Shown: in pieces, positions 23,254 through 33,682 of the stretch
Numbering within the stretch: the first letter of the stretch is position 1
How the letters are laid out: every line of letters starts with the position of its first letter
From: Epithemia pelagica
Lineage: Eukaryota > Protista > Bacillariophyta
NCBI GenBank assembly: GCA_946965045.2
Contig: OX337230.1
Coordinates: 1,674,001 to 1,738,000, forward strand
Length of the DNA: 64,000 nt
Reading direction: 5' to 3'
Notes under the pieces: generated by a model
What the model was told of the DNA's origin: nothing
What the model saw: the letters and a program-made list of their open reading frames with translations, nothing else
Databases searched by the model: none
Program-made: the position numbers and the translations under genes

Positions 23254-24234
23254 CTCGAAATTCTCTTTCTTGGTCGTTCCCGTATGTTTTAACCCAGCTC
23301 ACCTTGTCTTCTTCTTTGGGCTTTGCCGTTTGGATAATCTTTTCGGTTGTCGTACTGGATCAAGAAAATGCGCTCGCTTTTTGTGTGTGTTTTATGTGAG
23401 CTGCCGCCGCTAACGCTAACCTTACTGAAGCTCACCAACTACCAACTCGCGATAGCTTCCCGAACTTTCCTATGGAGTGGTTTCTTCTCTCATTTCATTC
23501 GAAGATCCTCCCCTAAAAGGTCCAGGTATGAATCGGACACGTGCAGGCCCTCCATGATATGATGTGTGCGTTCGATCAACTGAATCAGTAGAGTATTTTC
23601 ATTACCCTAGGGACCATTGTCCACTTGTCACTACTGGTGTCCAGAAGCAGTCATGTCATTGTGTTATTCATTATTTGCAATACTTCTTCTCACACAAAAA
23701 CAAAGAGCAACTAAAACAAAACATGGGAACACCAGAAGGCTCGGTGCAGCCAGACCAATGCCATTATCATTTTCGGAACAAAACAAATAGTTGTACTGGT
23801 CTAGCAGGGGTGGATCCCAATCAGGCTGGTGTACAGATCGAGGACCATAATGCCCCAACGACACACGCAAAATAGACCCGTCTAGATGATTTGATACGGT
23901 CCCGAAGTCACCGCAATCCCATGTATCCGGTCCCAAATTCACATTGTGTCGAAGAGTCCATAGTAAATTGTACGTAGCTGAGCCAGGCCTTTTCTCATGG
24001 AAGATGAAATGGATACGTTCCCCAACTTCCTCCACGTTTTCAAATTCAAGTTGATTCCAGAATCCGGCTGTCTCGGGATAGTCCAGACGGAAGATGGTTT
24101 CGACAATCTGGTTCGCCTCTCTGTGAAGCCATGTACGGGCAGCTTCAGCGGCTAGGAGTTTGTGCCTTTCTCCACTATTGACTAGAGAATCAAAATCGTA
24201 GTGATCATCATCGTTTTCAACATAGAAGTACCCA

Positions 24235-27200
24235 TGTTGGAACCTATTGTGGCCTGACTGATGGTCGCCCTTATAACGGTCGGGATTAGCGCCTTGGGAT
24301 TCGACTACTGGGGAAACTATGTACGGGATCAGGTCAGATGAATGGGAGTCGATATAGGTCTTACTCCCACGGGGACACAAACAAACACAGAATACGATTA
24401 GGATAACGAAAACAAAATATTAGTAATGAGATCATAAGTTTGGGAAAACAAAACCTAATAGGCCAGTCTTAAAGTGTTCTAGCACGCTTCGAAGCGAAAG
24501 GAGATCGCTCGAGACAACAATGGCTACGGTAGATGACTTATCACTGAAGCACCTACGTTTGCAGACGTTCGATGGAAAGCACGAAAATTTCCAAGTTTGG
24601 TTCATGAACTTTCGTTCATATGCAGTGGCGCATGGATTCAAGTCGGCGATCAGCAAAGATGGGCCTGACACTGACTTGCCTTTGCGGGACGATTCGGCTC
24701 TCGATACCGATGCAACAGTGGCGGGAAAACAAGCTTTGGCTAAGAAGAAGAATGCGGCAGCCTTTTGCGCCTTGAACCTTGCAATGACAAGCCCTCAGAT
24801 GATCCGAATGTTGACCGAAGCTCAGACGGATGAATGGCCAGATGGTTTGGCCTGGAAGGTGATTGCTGCATTGCACAAGAGATTCAAGCCGACAGACACT
24901 GTATCGAAGATTGAGATGCGAAGGTTGTTGGGTAAAGTGTCAATGACCAAGAAAGAAGATCCAACTACTCTGTTCAGCCAAATTGGGCAGATTGAAAATA
25001 TGTTCAACGTGACGGTTGATGATGAGGAGAAAATTGCAATCGCGATTGAAGCAGCTCCGCGAGAATACCAGTCGATTATTGTGTCAGAACAACGCCAGCA
25101 GGGTGCGACATTGACGTCGGACCACATCGAAGACGTTATGCGGTTGCACTGGCGTGCACTTTATGGTCAACGCACCAAGAATTTCCTGCAAGACGACGGA
25201 GACGAAGACAACGAAATTGGTCTCGCAGCTGGAGACAAACAAGGTTCAACGTCAGGAAAGTCAAAGTCAAGCAAGAAAAGCGGGAAAGGTGACGGCAAGA
25301 AGACTTACAAATTCAAGGGCAAGTGCCATCATTGCGGAAAGGTTGGTCACAAGGCCGCAGACTGCTGGATAAAACCTGAAAACAAAGACAAGAGGCCCGA
25401 ATGGTACAAGGTCGAGGAGCATGGCAAAGTGGCAAAGGACAGTGGTGAGACGGATGGCGAAGGCAGCGTTGAAATCATCACTTGTGCGGTTGACTTACCT
25501 CCATTGGTTCCTCGGAACATGGTATGGTTAGATACCGATGACGAGGACGAACACAACGAATACAAAGAACTCCCTGACTCGGTACTCGATCATGAGATCG
25601 TGAGCGACACCGACGACGAAGAGACAAGAGGCGACGACGAAGACCTCGATTGGATCAGTTTGTTGGGTGAAGAGGACGATGAAAGCGTCGACGACTCGTT
25701 GATTGTTGTATCCGATGACGATGAAGATGAAGATGAAGTGGACAGGGAGATTTGTTGTGCTGGTATGGCGAAGGAAATGGAATTCCCAGCCATCCAAAGT
25801 CTCCTGACAGATCCGAATGTATGGATCGCAGACACAGGAGCGACGACGCATATGACTCCGTTTCGCGTCGGAATGGTTGATGTGAAGAAACAACATGATG
25901 AGAAAGGGATCACCATGGGCAACAATAAAACAGAAAAGGTCGTGGAAGTTGGCAACTTACCTGGAGTGTTGCACGACAAGAATGGAAACGCGCTCAACCG
26001 TGTGAAGATGCAAGACGTAAGCGTGGTTCCAAGTGGTGGATTCAACCTGTTCAGCATCACGAAAATGCAAATGAGTGGCTGGAAACTTGAAGGAGACAAA
26101 CAGTCGATCCGACTTACCAAGAATGGGCAGGAAATCATCTTCGATATCAAGATCCAAACGCCCAAGGGAGTGATTTTTGCCGCGTATTTTGAAAGAACCG
26201 AGTTGGGAAACGCAGCGACAAGCGAGGAACAAATCAAGATGACAATGGAACAGGCTCATGAGAAACTGGGTCACATTGGAGAGAAAGCAGTAATCGAAAC
26301 AGCCAAGAAACTTGGATGGAAACTCACCAAGACAACGATGCCAAAATGTGCAGCTTGTGCAGCTGGAAAGGCAAAACAGAAGAACTTGCCGCGAAATGAG
26401 AACGGAGAAGATGACAGGGAACACGATGACGAGAAACAACTTCGTGCTTACCTTGACATGGCTTCAATCAAGAAGAAGCCAGACATGCCAATTCCGTCGA
26501 AGCCGCAGTGGAGAATATTGGTGGTCCATCCGAAAATCCAGCTCAAGCTTTCCGAGTTCTATGATGCCAAAGATGAAATGCCAGAGGACACATGTGAGAA
26601 AATGGCATTGATGAAACAACATGGTGTGTCCATCACTCACCTTCGGTTGGACAATGCAGGCGAGAACAAGGCCTTGCAGAAACGCTGTCAAAATGAAAAG
26701 TGGCAGCTTGGAATCCAGTTTGAGTTCACTGCGCGTGATACACCCCAGCAAAATTCTGTCGCTGAGGTGGGATTTGCTACCGTGATGAACCGAGCACGTG
26801 CGATGATGCACCGCGCTAATATCCCCATGGAAATCCGCTTCAAGTTGTGGCACGAGGCTTGCATGACGGCAACGCTTTTGGACGGCTTGGTTGTTGTGGA
26901 TCATGGGGGAAGATCTGCGACTCGATACGAACACATTTGGGGGAAAGTACCAACGTTCGCGAAACACTTGCGAGTTTGGGGGGAAGCCGGAACGGTCAAG
27001 ATCAAGACTAAAACTTCCCCGAAATTAATGGACAAAGGTGTACATTGTTTCTTCGTTGGGTATGCACGTGATCATCCGGGTGACTGTTATCGGATGTATG
27101 ATCCTAAAACGGGTCGTGTTCGGGAATCACGTGACGTGACTTGGCTAAAGCGACTATACTACAAGAAACCTCCTAATGCCAAGGAACTACAAACCAATCC

Positions 27201-29466
27201 AGTCGTGGATGCTGAGGCTGCATCGAATCACGAGGAGAGTCGCGGAAGTGGTCGCGAAAACGATGGCCAAGATGACCATGGCGGAAACGACGGCGATGTG
27301 GACGACAACAACTCCAACAATGAAGATGAACCGGATGATCCGATGCCTGAGGTGAACATGAGCACAGGCAATGACGAATCCACGGCTCCAGTGCGGAATA
27401 TTGTGATTCCGGAGCCCGTTGAAACAGCGACGACGCGAACAGGTCGTACCATACGAGCACCACAACGGTTGATTGCTGAAATTGGACAAGCCGTGTTGTC
27501 CAAAGCCGAACTGAATTACTACCATGCCCTTCAGGCATTGGACTCTGATGCCGATAGTTTTCTGGATGAAGAATTGGCCATGGTGGGTGCCGGATTGGGG
27601 CAAGGCATCACGAATACAAAAGAGCTCAAAGTGATGACCTTTGATGAGGCAATGGCCCAAGCCGACAAGGATGCATGGGTAAAGTCAGTCGATGAAGAAC
27701 ACCAACGCATGATTGATTGTGGCGTTTGGGTGCCCATTCGGAAAGAAGATTTGCCTCCCAATTGCGACATCATCGATTCGACTTGGTCTATGAAGAAAAA
27801 GGCCAGTGGAAAGTATCGTGCTCGTTTGGCAGCTCGGGGTTTCAAACAACGCGAAGGAGTGTCGTACGATCGTGATGACTTATTCGCACCGGTGGTCAAC
27901 GAACTCACCGTGAAAATTGCCTTTGTGATGATGATTTTGGCTGGGTGGTACACCCATTTAATGGACGTGAAAGGGGCTTTTCTAAAATGTGGTTTTCGCA
28001 CGCAACACAAAGTGGCAATGGAAGTCCCAAGAGGTTTTGAGAAATTCTATCCCTACGGTTGGTTGTTGCTTCTGTTGAAGACGCTCTACGGATGCAAGCA
28101 AGCCGCTAAGATGTTTTGGGAATTTCTGTTGAAATTGATGCAGAGTATGGGCTTTGATCGAAGCAAAGCCGACCCTTGCTTGTATTTTGCTTGGACGCAA
28201 TTTGGGCTTATCTTGTTTCTGTCCTACATTGACGATATGATTCTGATGGGCAATAAAGACGGAGTTATGCATTTCCGTGAAATCTTCAAGGGAAAGGTTG
28301 ATGTTGATGATATTGGACCGTTGGATGAATATTTGGGGAGCAAGATTGAATTTTGTACTGAACAACGCACAGTCAAAATTACCCAACCAGTTCTTCTTCG
28401 CAGTTTTGGGGACGAATTTGGAGTGGGGGAGGGTACATCGAAAACACCTGCTGTACCTCACAGTACACTACAACCTGGAGATGAGAGTTCGCGTTTGGAT
28501 GCTAAGGGCACATTTCGAGTTCGGTCCGGGATTGGAAAACTGTTGTACTTAATGAAATGGAGTCGCCCTGACATTTCAAATGCCGTTCGAGATTTGAGTC
28601 GGTTCATGCAGGAACCTTCTCTTGCGCATGACAAGGCAATGCGACGCTTGATGGAATACTGCGTCTCAACCAAACAGCGCGGTCTTTTGCTAAAACCTGA
28701 AGGACAGTGGGATGGAACAGCCGATTACGAGTTTGAAATCAGCGGCCGTTCTGACAGTGACTACGCGAAACAGCACGATCGCAAGAGTGTTAGTGGAATT
28801 TCGGTGTTTCTCAACGGTGCACCTATCCAAACGAAAAGCAAGACTCAGAGCATCATAACCCTGAGCGTTACGGAAGCCGAATTGGTGGCTGCTGTGGACT
28901 GTGTACAGACGATGTTGTTCGCTCGGCAAATTATTCTCAGCATGGGGCTTAAGGTGAAACTACCTATGCTACTTGAAATGGACAACAAAGGGGGGAAAGA
29001 TATCATCAATTCGTGGGCAGTTGGTGGACGGACACGTCACATTGATGTCCGAATGTTCTTCCTTCGAGAACTCAAGGAAGAAGGAATTCTCAAATGCAAC
29101 TGGATCAGCACTGACGACAATTCTGCGGACCTCTTTACCAAGAATCTTGATGGTCCCACCTTTCTTCGTCATGGGTTGGTCTATGTGGCCGATTGAAGTC
29201 AGCCACAAGGGGAGGGTGTTGGAACCTATTGTGGCCTGACTGATGGTCGCCCTTATAACGGTCGGGATTAGCGCCTTGGGATTCGACTACTGGGGAAACT
29301 ATGTACGGGATCAGGTCAGATGAATGGGAGTCGATATAGGTCTTACTCCCACGGGGACACAAACAAACACAGAATACGATTAGGATAACGAAAACAAAAT
29401 ATTAGTAATGAGATCATAAGTTTGGGAAAACAAAACCTAATAGGCCAGTCTTAAAGTGTTCTAGCA
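24235..29466 (+). mobile_element. Ty1/copia LTR retrotransposon A, full length
   Basis: 250-bp TG..CA LTRs at 24235-24484 and 29217-29466 (identical by eye), TSD ACCCA (24230-24234, 29467-29471), PPT AAGGGGAGGG 29207-29216. Confidence 0.97.
24520..29196 (+). CDS. Copia A Gag-Pol polyprotein (1558 aa, intact)
   Basis: CCHC CHHCGKVGHKAADC, protease WIADTGATTH, HHCC HEKLGH..CAAC, integrase LRLDNAGE..QQNSVAE, RT YIDD, RNase H SDSD/TEAE/ADLFTK, in copia order PR-IN-RT-RH. Confidence 0.96.
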   Translation: MATVDDLSLKHLRLQTFDGKHENFQVWFMNFRSYAVAHGFKSAISKDGPDTDLPLRDDSALDTDATVAGKQALAKKKNAAAFCALNLAMTSPQMIRMLTEAQTDEWPDGLAWKVIAALHKRFKPTDTVSKIEMRRLLGKVSMTKKEDPTTLFSQIGQIENMFNVTVDDEEKIAIAIEAAPREYQSIIVSEQRQQGATLTSDHIEDVMRLHWRALYGQRTKNFLQDDGDEDNEIGLAAGDKQGSTSGKSKSSKKSGKGDGKKTYKFKGKCHHCGKVGHKAADCWIKPENKDKRPEWYKVEEHGKVAKDSGETDGEGSVEIITCAVDLPPLVPRNMVWLDTDDEDEHNEYKELPDSVLDHEIVSDTDDEETRGDDEDLDWISLLGEEDDESVDDSLIVVSDDDEDEDEVDREICCAGMAKEMEFPAIQSLLTDPNVWIADTGATTHMTPFRVGMVDVKKQHDEKGITMGNNKTEKVVEVGNLPGVLHDKNGNALNRVKMQDVSVVPSGGFNLFSITKMQMSGWKLEGDKQSIRLTKNGQEIIFDIKIQTPKGVIFAAYFERTELGNAATSEEQIKMTMEQAHEKLGHIGEKAVIETAKKLGWKLTKTTMPKCAACAAGKAKQKNLPRNENGEDDREHDDEKQLRAYLDMASIKKKPDMPIPSKPQWRILVVHPKIQLKLSEFYDAKDEMPEDTCEKMALMKQHGVSITHLRLDNAGENKALQKRCQNEKWQLGIQFEFTARDTPQQNSVAEVGFATVMNRARAMMHRANIPMEIRFKLWHEACMTATLLDGLVVVDHGGRSATRYEHIWGKVPTFAKHLRVWGEAGTVKIKTKTSPKLMDKGVHCFFVGYARDHPGDCYRMYDPKTGRVRESRDVTWLKRLYYKKPPNAKELQTNPVVDAEAASNHEESRGSGRENDGQDDHGGNDGDVDDNNSNNEDEPDDPMPEVNMSTGNDESTAPVRNIVIPEPVETATTRTGRTIRAPQRLIAEIGQAVLSKAELNYYHALQALDSDADSFLDEELAMVGAGLGQGITNTKELKVMTFDEAMAQADKDAWVKSVDEEHQRMIDCGVWVPIRKEDLPPNCDIIDSTWSMKKKASGKYRARLAARGFKQREGVSYDRDDLFAPVVNELTVKIAFVMMILAGWYTHLMDVKGAFLKCGFRTQHKVAMEVPRGFEKFYPYGWLLLLLKTLYGCKQAAKMFWEFLLKLMQSMGFDRSKADPCLYFAWTQFGLILFLSYIDDMILMGNKDGVMHFREIFKGKVDVDDIGPLDEYLGSKIEFCTEQRTVKITQPVLLRSFGDEFGVGEGTSKTPAVPHSTLQPGDESSRLDAKGTFRVRSGIGKLLYLMKWSRPDISNAVRDLSRFMQEPSLAHDKAMRRLMEYCVSTKQRGLLLKPEGQWDGTADYEFEISGRSDSDYAKQHDRKSVSGISVFLNGAPIQTKSKTQSIITLSVTEAELVAAVDCVQTMLFARQIILSMGLKVKLPMLLEMDNKGGKDIINSWAVGGRTRHIDVRMFFLRELKEEGILKCNWISTDDNSADLFTKNLDGPTFLRHGLVYVAD

Positions 29467-29779
29467 ACCCAAAGTTCAGCTTGTGGTCTGCAGTTCCTTC
29501 GTCCTTGCTGTTTCCGTTCCATCGACTCACAACAGGAAGGGGGAATCGAAAAGTGCGTTTCCAGCCCTTCTCCTTCGCATTTGTCTCATTGTAGAAATGA
29601 GAAGAAGAGGTAGAGACAGACGATCCATGGTGTCTTGGATCACTCTCCTTCATCCACAATTGGTGTCCGTTCTCCTCCATGAGATATCTCTTTGAATCCA
29701 GAAAATTTGCATGCCATTCCGCGACCGAAAGATGAGGCAAAGATTCCCGCCCTCATAGAGTTTGGGGGAACACCACACG

Positions 29780-30751
29780 ATGACGAAGCCGCTTGTGCTC
29801 ATGTTGGCAATAGCCGTAATTCTTTCTCTGACTGCGATTAGTGCGTTCCATTCGCATCGTTTATTTGGCGAAGAAGATCTTCAGGTTTTGTTGATGATGA
29901 GTAAAAGTGAGCCCTCCGTCTTCCGTATTAGACCCTCAATTGTCCTGTTCGGCGACTCGATCACTCAAGAAGGATTTGGTGTGGACGGAAATGTTGGCTG
30001 GGCATCTCTGCTGGCATCCGCGTACTCAAGACGAGCAGATGTCTTAAATCGAGGCTTTTCGGGCTATAACACAAAGCTTGCAGTGGACCTGCTACCTCGT
30101 GTGTTCACGGGACCCATCGCAACAGCTCCTGTTTTCTCTGATTCATTATCCAACTCATCAAGTCGAGCATTATTCTGCACTGTATTTTTTGGTGCCAACG
30201 ACGCTGCCCTATTGGGCGGCAAGCAACACGTTCCGTTGGAAAGTTTCCGGCAAAATCTCGTTCGGATAGTCGAACATATCCGGTTGACGTTTGGGGCAAA
30301 GACGCCGATTATACTTTTGACACCACCGCCCTTTGACGCTCAGGCTTGGATGAAGTCCCGCGAAATATCTACTCCAGGAAGGTACGTTTTCCCGTCTCGG
30401 CGAATGGGATCCTATACTTGTTTGTAAGTGGTCTTACCCGCTTTGGGCTTCAGATCAAATGATGCGGCACGATCTTATGGCAACCAAGTAAAAAGTGTTG
30501 TTGATCAGTTCGATTTAGGCCTTGTCGATACGTGGGCTCTACTCGAAGGAAACTCACCGAGTAAATCTAGATATCTGAGTGATGGATTGCATCTGAATGA
30601 GAAAGGAAATCGGGCAGTCTACTTAGGACTTAAGTCGGCCTTGTTACAAAAATACCCGGAAGTTCTCCCGATGGAGGACGGGCAAGGTAAGTACGGCAAG
30701 TCGGGAGTTCCATTAGAAGAAGAATTATGGCGGAAAGCACTTGGAGACTAG
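29780..30751 (+). CDS. IAH1: SGNH/GDSL esterase, IAH1-like; exons 29780-30381 and 30454-30751
   Basis: LFGDSITQ, ADVLNRGFSGYNT, FFGANDA, SDGLH; in-frame GT-AG intron 30382-30453. N-terminal signal ending ISA-F. Confidence 0.85.
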
Positions 30752-31016
30752 AAGATTAGATTGCGGTGTACTTCTCAAAATGTCATGGCCGGAACTATCC
30801 ACTTAGGACTTAGGTAGGTATCGTAAGGGCTGGGTGCACCGATCCATCAACATCTACCGTAATTTTCGGTGTTTTGTACCCCTCGCATTCCCGTACCCCC
30901 CTTGCTTTTCCATGCACATTGGGTCGTACAAACCGAGGACAGACTAGTACTCAAATTTGCACAGCACAGTGTAATTCCTCGTTTTATAAGCTTTACAACG
31001 AGCTGTCAAACGTACC

Positions 31017-31481
31017 ATGGGTGTCCACCCAACAGGAGTTACGGTCGATATAGTGGGGCTCCACGCTTCTTCCAATGGAAGAAGCTGTGAAGCACATGCT
31101 GTTTGTGGATCTGTTTTGAAACATGACTCTCTTGTTAGATTTAGATTGGTGCAAGTCACTGTGGAAGGCAGAGAAGAGCCTGCCATCGCAGTGTATTGGG
31201 TCACAGATGGGCTGGATAGGTGTCGTGTTGGTTTCTTACCACGATACCTTATAAAGCATTCAAGCTACTACGAAGGGAAACTTGCCCAAGTTGTTGAATT
31301 CCTGGATGAATCAGAAGAAAAGGAGCAGAGGGCAAAGAGTCACAGAGGCAAAGGAGTGTGCAGAGCTGTGCTTGTGGAGATGGTCGCCACACCCCGAAGG
31401 AAAAGAGCACGGAGTACTAAAGAGCAAGAAAACAACCAAGATAACAATGAAGGTCACACACAAAAGTATTCTAAAACTTAA
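31017..31481 (+). CDS. Second ORF inside the pogo TIRs, 154 aa, HIRAN-like fold suspected
   Basis: Clean ATG-TAA ORF convergent with the transposase; VDIVGL..GRSCEAHAVCG..AIAVY..RVGFLPR resembles the HIRAN pattern VVG..NAIKV..VGYLPR. Confidence 0.6.
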   Translation: MGVHPTGVTVDIVGLHASSNGRSCEAHAVCGSVLKHDSLVRFRLVQVTVEGREEPAIAVYWVTDGLDRCRVGFLPRYLIKHSSYYEGKLAQVVEFLDESEEKEQRAKSHRGKGVCRAVLVEMVATPRRKRARSTKEQENNQDNNEGHTQKYSKT

Positions 31482-31513
31482 TAAACCATCCTAATTCTCT
31501 GTTGTATACCATC

Positions 31514-32854
31514 CTAATTCTCTGTTGTATCGTTCTCAGTAGTTTCTTCATCTTCACTGTTACTCAGATCAAGCTCTTCCATGGAATCTGAAATCTCGTC
31601 GACAACTGTTGACCTTGTCTCTCCTGGAAAATAGGAATAATCTCCATGCCTCCAGGAATTCTTCACTATCTCTTTTGGAAGATCTTTCAAAGCTTTCACA
31701 CACCATTGAGCCATTTGTTGGCGACTTGGTGGCTTTGTTTGTTCTTGGAACAATCCATCTTCAAGCATGTACTCTTCCCATTGTGCACGAACTCTATTTT
31801 TCAAGGGCTTGTTTATTCCGACATCCACAGGCTGTGTCAGAGATGTGCAGCCTCCAGGAATATATTCAATCTCTACTCCCAGATCATGAATGGCATTGAC
31901 AACAGCTGTCTGTAGGTGACATTTGTATTGATCCAACAACAATAAAGGCAAGACGCCAGGAGGAGCCTTCTCTGACCACGGCTTCACACACTTCTCCACC
32001 CATTGAAGGCAGCATTTCTCATCCATCCAGGCTCTCTCTTGGCATGAATAGAAACAATCTGATGGGTAACCATGTGCTTCAGGAGCAAGAAAATCTCTGG
32101 CAATCCGTCCATTGGACGTGCCCTTATAGACAATGTAAGGAGTCAGAACATTGCCTGAAGCCGTAACAAAAACTGCAAGGGTAAGTTGGAGTGTGCTACC
32201 ACTGGATGACCTTACATTGATAGTTCTTGCACCTTGTGACTCCAGTGTTGTGGTAGGAGTCATCGAGAAGAATACTGGCGTTTGGTCCATGTTCGCCACA
32301 AAGTCTTGATGTCTGTTTGGCTGCGCAATGGAGGGGATGATCCTCTGCACAAAAGTCTTGCCTTCTTCTCTCTTTTCCCTCGGATGGCATTGAGCTTCAT
32401 GTGTCTTGCTTCTTATCACTATTCCATTGCTTCTTAGCAGTCTTCTCATAGACTGATACTTGCCACTCTGTGTCCTCCTTCGAAACTCCGGATCAAGCTT
32501 GGATGCCATTATAACAACCATGTTGACAGACACGGGCATGGCGGCTTCTCTGAGCGCCCTGATGCGGTCCAGTAAGGCATCGATTTGTTGAAACATGTTG
32601 GGGCGCCCAGTGTGAAGAGACGCAAGGTATTTCCCCCTACCTTCGCACGAGATCCGCAACTTGTTAATGTCTTTCAGCCAGCGCCTGATCTGAGAGGGTT
32701 GAACGCCTTCCTCTCGAGCAAGGCCTTTCAGAGTAAAGCCAGGAATCCTCTTCCCAGCAATCAGTTTCTCACAAATTTCTACCTTCCTCTTGTTGATGAT
32801 GATCCGCCTTTTCCGGCGCAGTCCGGCCTGTTCATTGTCCTCAAGAACCACCAT
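31514..32854 (-). CDS. pogo/Tigger-type transposase (CENP-B-type HTHs plus DDE_1)
   Basis: NMDQTP, LLDQYKCH and QPVDVGINKPLK with 35 residues between the 2nd and 3rd Asp. ATG at 32854 or 32878. Confidence 0.93.
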   Translation of the reverse strand: MVVLEDNEQAGLRRKRRIIINKRKVEICEKLIAGKRIPGFTLKGLAREEGVQPSQIRRWLKDINKLRISCEGRGKYLASLHTGRPNMFQQIDALLDRIRALREAAMPVSVNMVVIMASKLDPEFRRRTQSGKYQSMRRLLRSNGIVIRSKTHEAQCHPREKREEGKTFVQRIIPSIAQPNRHQDFVANMDQTPVFFSMTPTTTLESQGARTINVRSSSGSTLQLTLAVFVTASGNVLTPYIVYKGTSNGRIARDFLAPEAHGYPSDCFYSCQERAWMDEKCCLQWVEKCVKPWSEKAPPGVLPLLLLDQYKCHLQTAVVNAIHDLGVEIEYIPGGCTSLTQPVDVGINKPLKNRVRAQWEEYMLEDGLFQEQTKPPSRQQMAQWCVKALKDLPKEIVKNSWRHGDYSYFPGETRSTVVDEISDSMEELDLSNSEDEETTENDTTEN

Positions 32855-33682
32855 TCTTGTAAAGACGGATGGGAACATAGGACGAGGTGGAGGGAGTATT
32901 GGAGGGAAAACGCATTGGCATTTGCAACTATGAATCAAGTAGTACTTCAAAACGGAATCTTACTTTTTCATTTTGAAATTTTTCTCTTAGCCATGTACCC
33001 CCCTCACAAATCCGTGCACATTCCGGGGGTATACGAATCCGAAAATTACGGTAAGTAGGCTCAGTACATTGATCTACGTAGTACTATTTTCATCAGTGTA
33101 TCAAGTGGGGCGGATCGTCACACCGAGTCTCAAATCGAAAACTTGCTGCCAAGAGAAACAATGCAATCCGGAAACCATCACTCGACAACGACAACGGTCG
33201 AAGAAATCACCCCCATGGCAATAACTTCATGGATAATTGAGTCTAACTGAATCACTTTTAGAATAATCTTCTTTAATACTAGAGCAACTATGGTTTCAAT
33301 TTGATTCAGTCACCGTTGAGAAATGAATGAGTTACGAAGGTCTTTGGATTTCATCACCACAGAAAAATCAACTTATCTTTTGATCCATGGGGTCAAATCT
33401 TCTATAACTGCAGAACACAGTAATACTAACAATCTCAAGCAACATATAGTGGTCAGATGTTTATGCGATGCATGGGTGAATGCATGCGGCATCTCCGTCA
33501 TGGTTCCAGAATTTCCGGCATGACTTGTACTATGGGATTTTATGTACTCTGAACCAATTGGACGTACGGGCGGTCAGACATAAAGCACCACCCAGCCCTT
33601 AGGGATTTGATGAGGGACACATTTACGAAGCGGGGGGCTCTCGATTCAGAGTTTGGGGGTGGGTGAGAATTGCAGAATTACC

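Larger units (their letters stand above)
23664..29680 (-). pseudogene. Host gene (259 aa when rejoined) split by copia element A; pieces 29680-29467 and 24234-23664
   Basis: Removing the element and one ACCCA TSD restores ..CAC AAG CTG AAC TTT GGG TAC TTC TAT.. (HKLNFGYFYV) in frame, from ATG 29680 to stop 23664. C-terminal hydrophobic tail. Confidence 0.65.
30857..33051 (-). mobile_element. pogo-superfamily DNA transposon (DD35D, Passer-like), full length
   Basis: TIRs CCGTAATTTTCGG (13 bp perfect, then TACCCC after a 7-nt mismatch block), TA duplication at 30855-56 and 33052-53. Confidence 0.93.
30826..33599 (+). mobile_element. MITE copy 1 (about 577 bp without its insert), interrupted by the pogo element
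   Basis: Ends AGGGCTGGG (30826) and CCCAGCCCT (33599) with TA on both sides; body 33052-33599 aligns by eye with the reverse complement of 57398-57991. Confidence 0.75.

Noticed and set aside
24485-24500. tRNA-Arg(TCG) or tRNA-Ser(CGA) half as primer for copia A
   Set aside because: In every register tried, the implied positions 31 and 39 do not pair or U33 is absent.
31485-31530. 23-bp tandem duplication at the transposase stop
   Set aside because: Real, but it leaves both ORFs intact; probably simple slippage.
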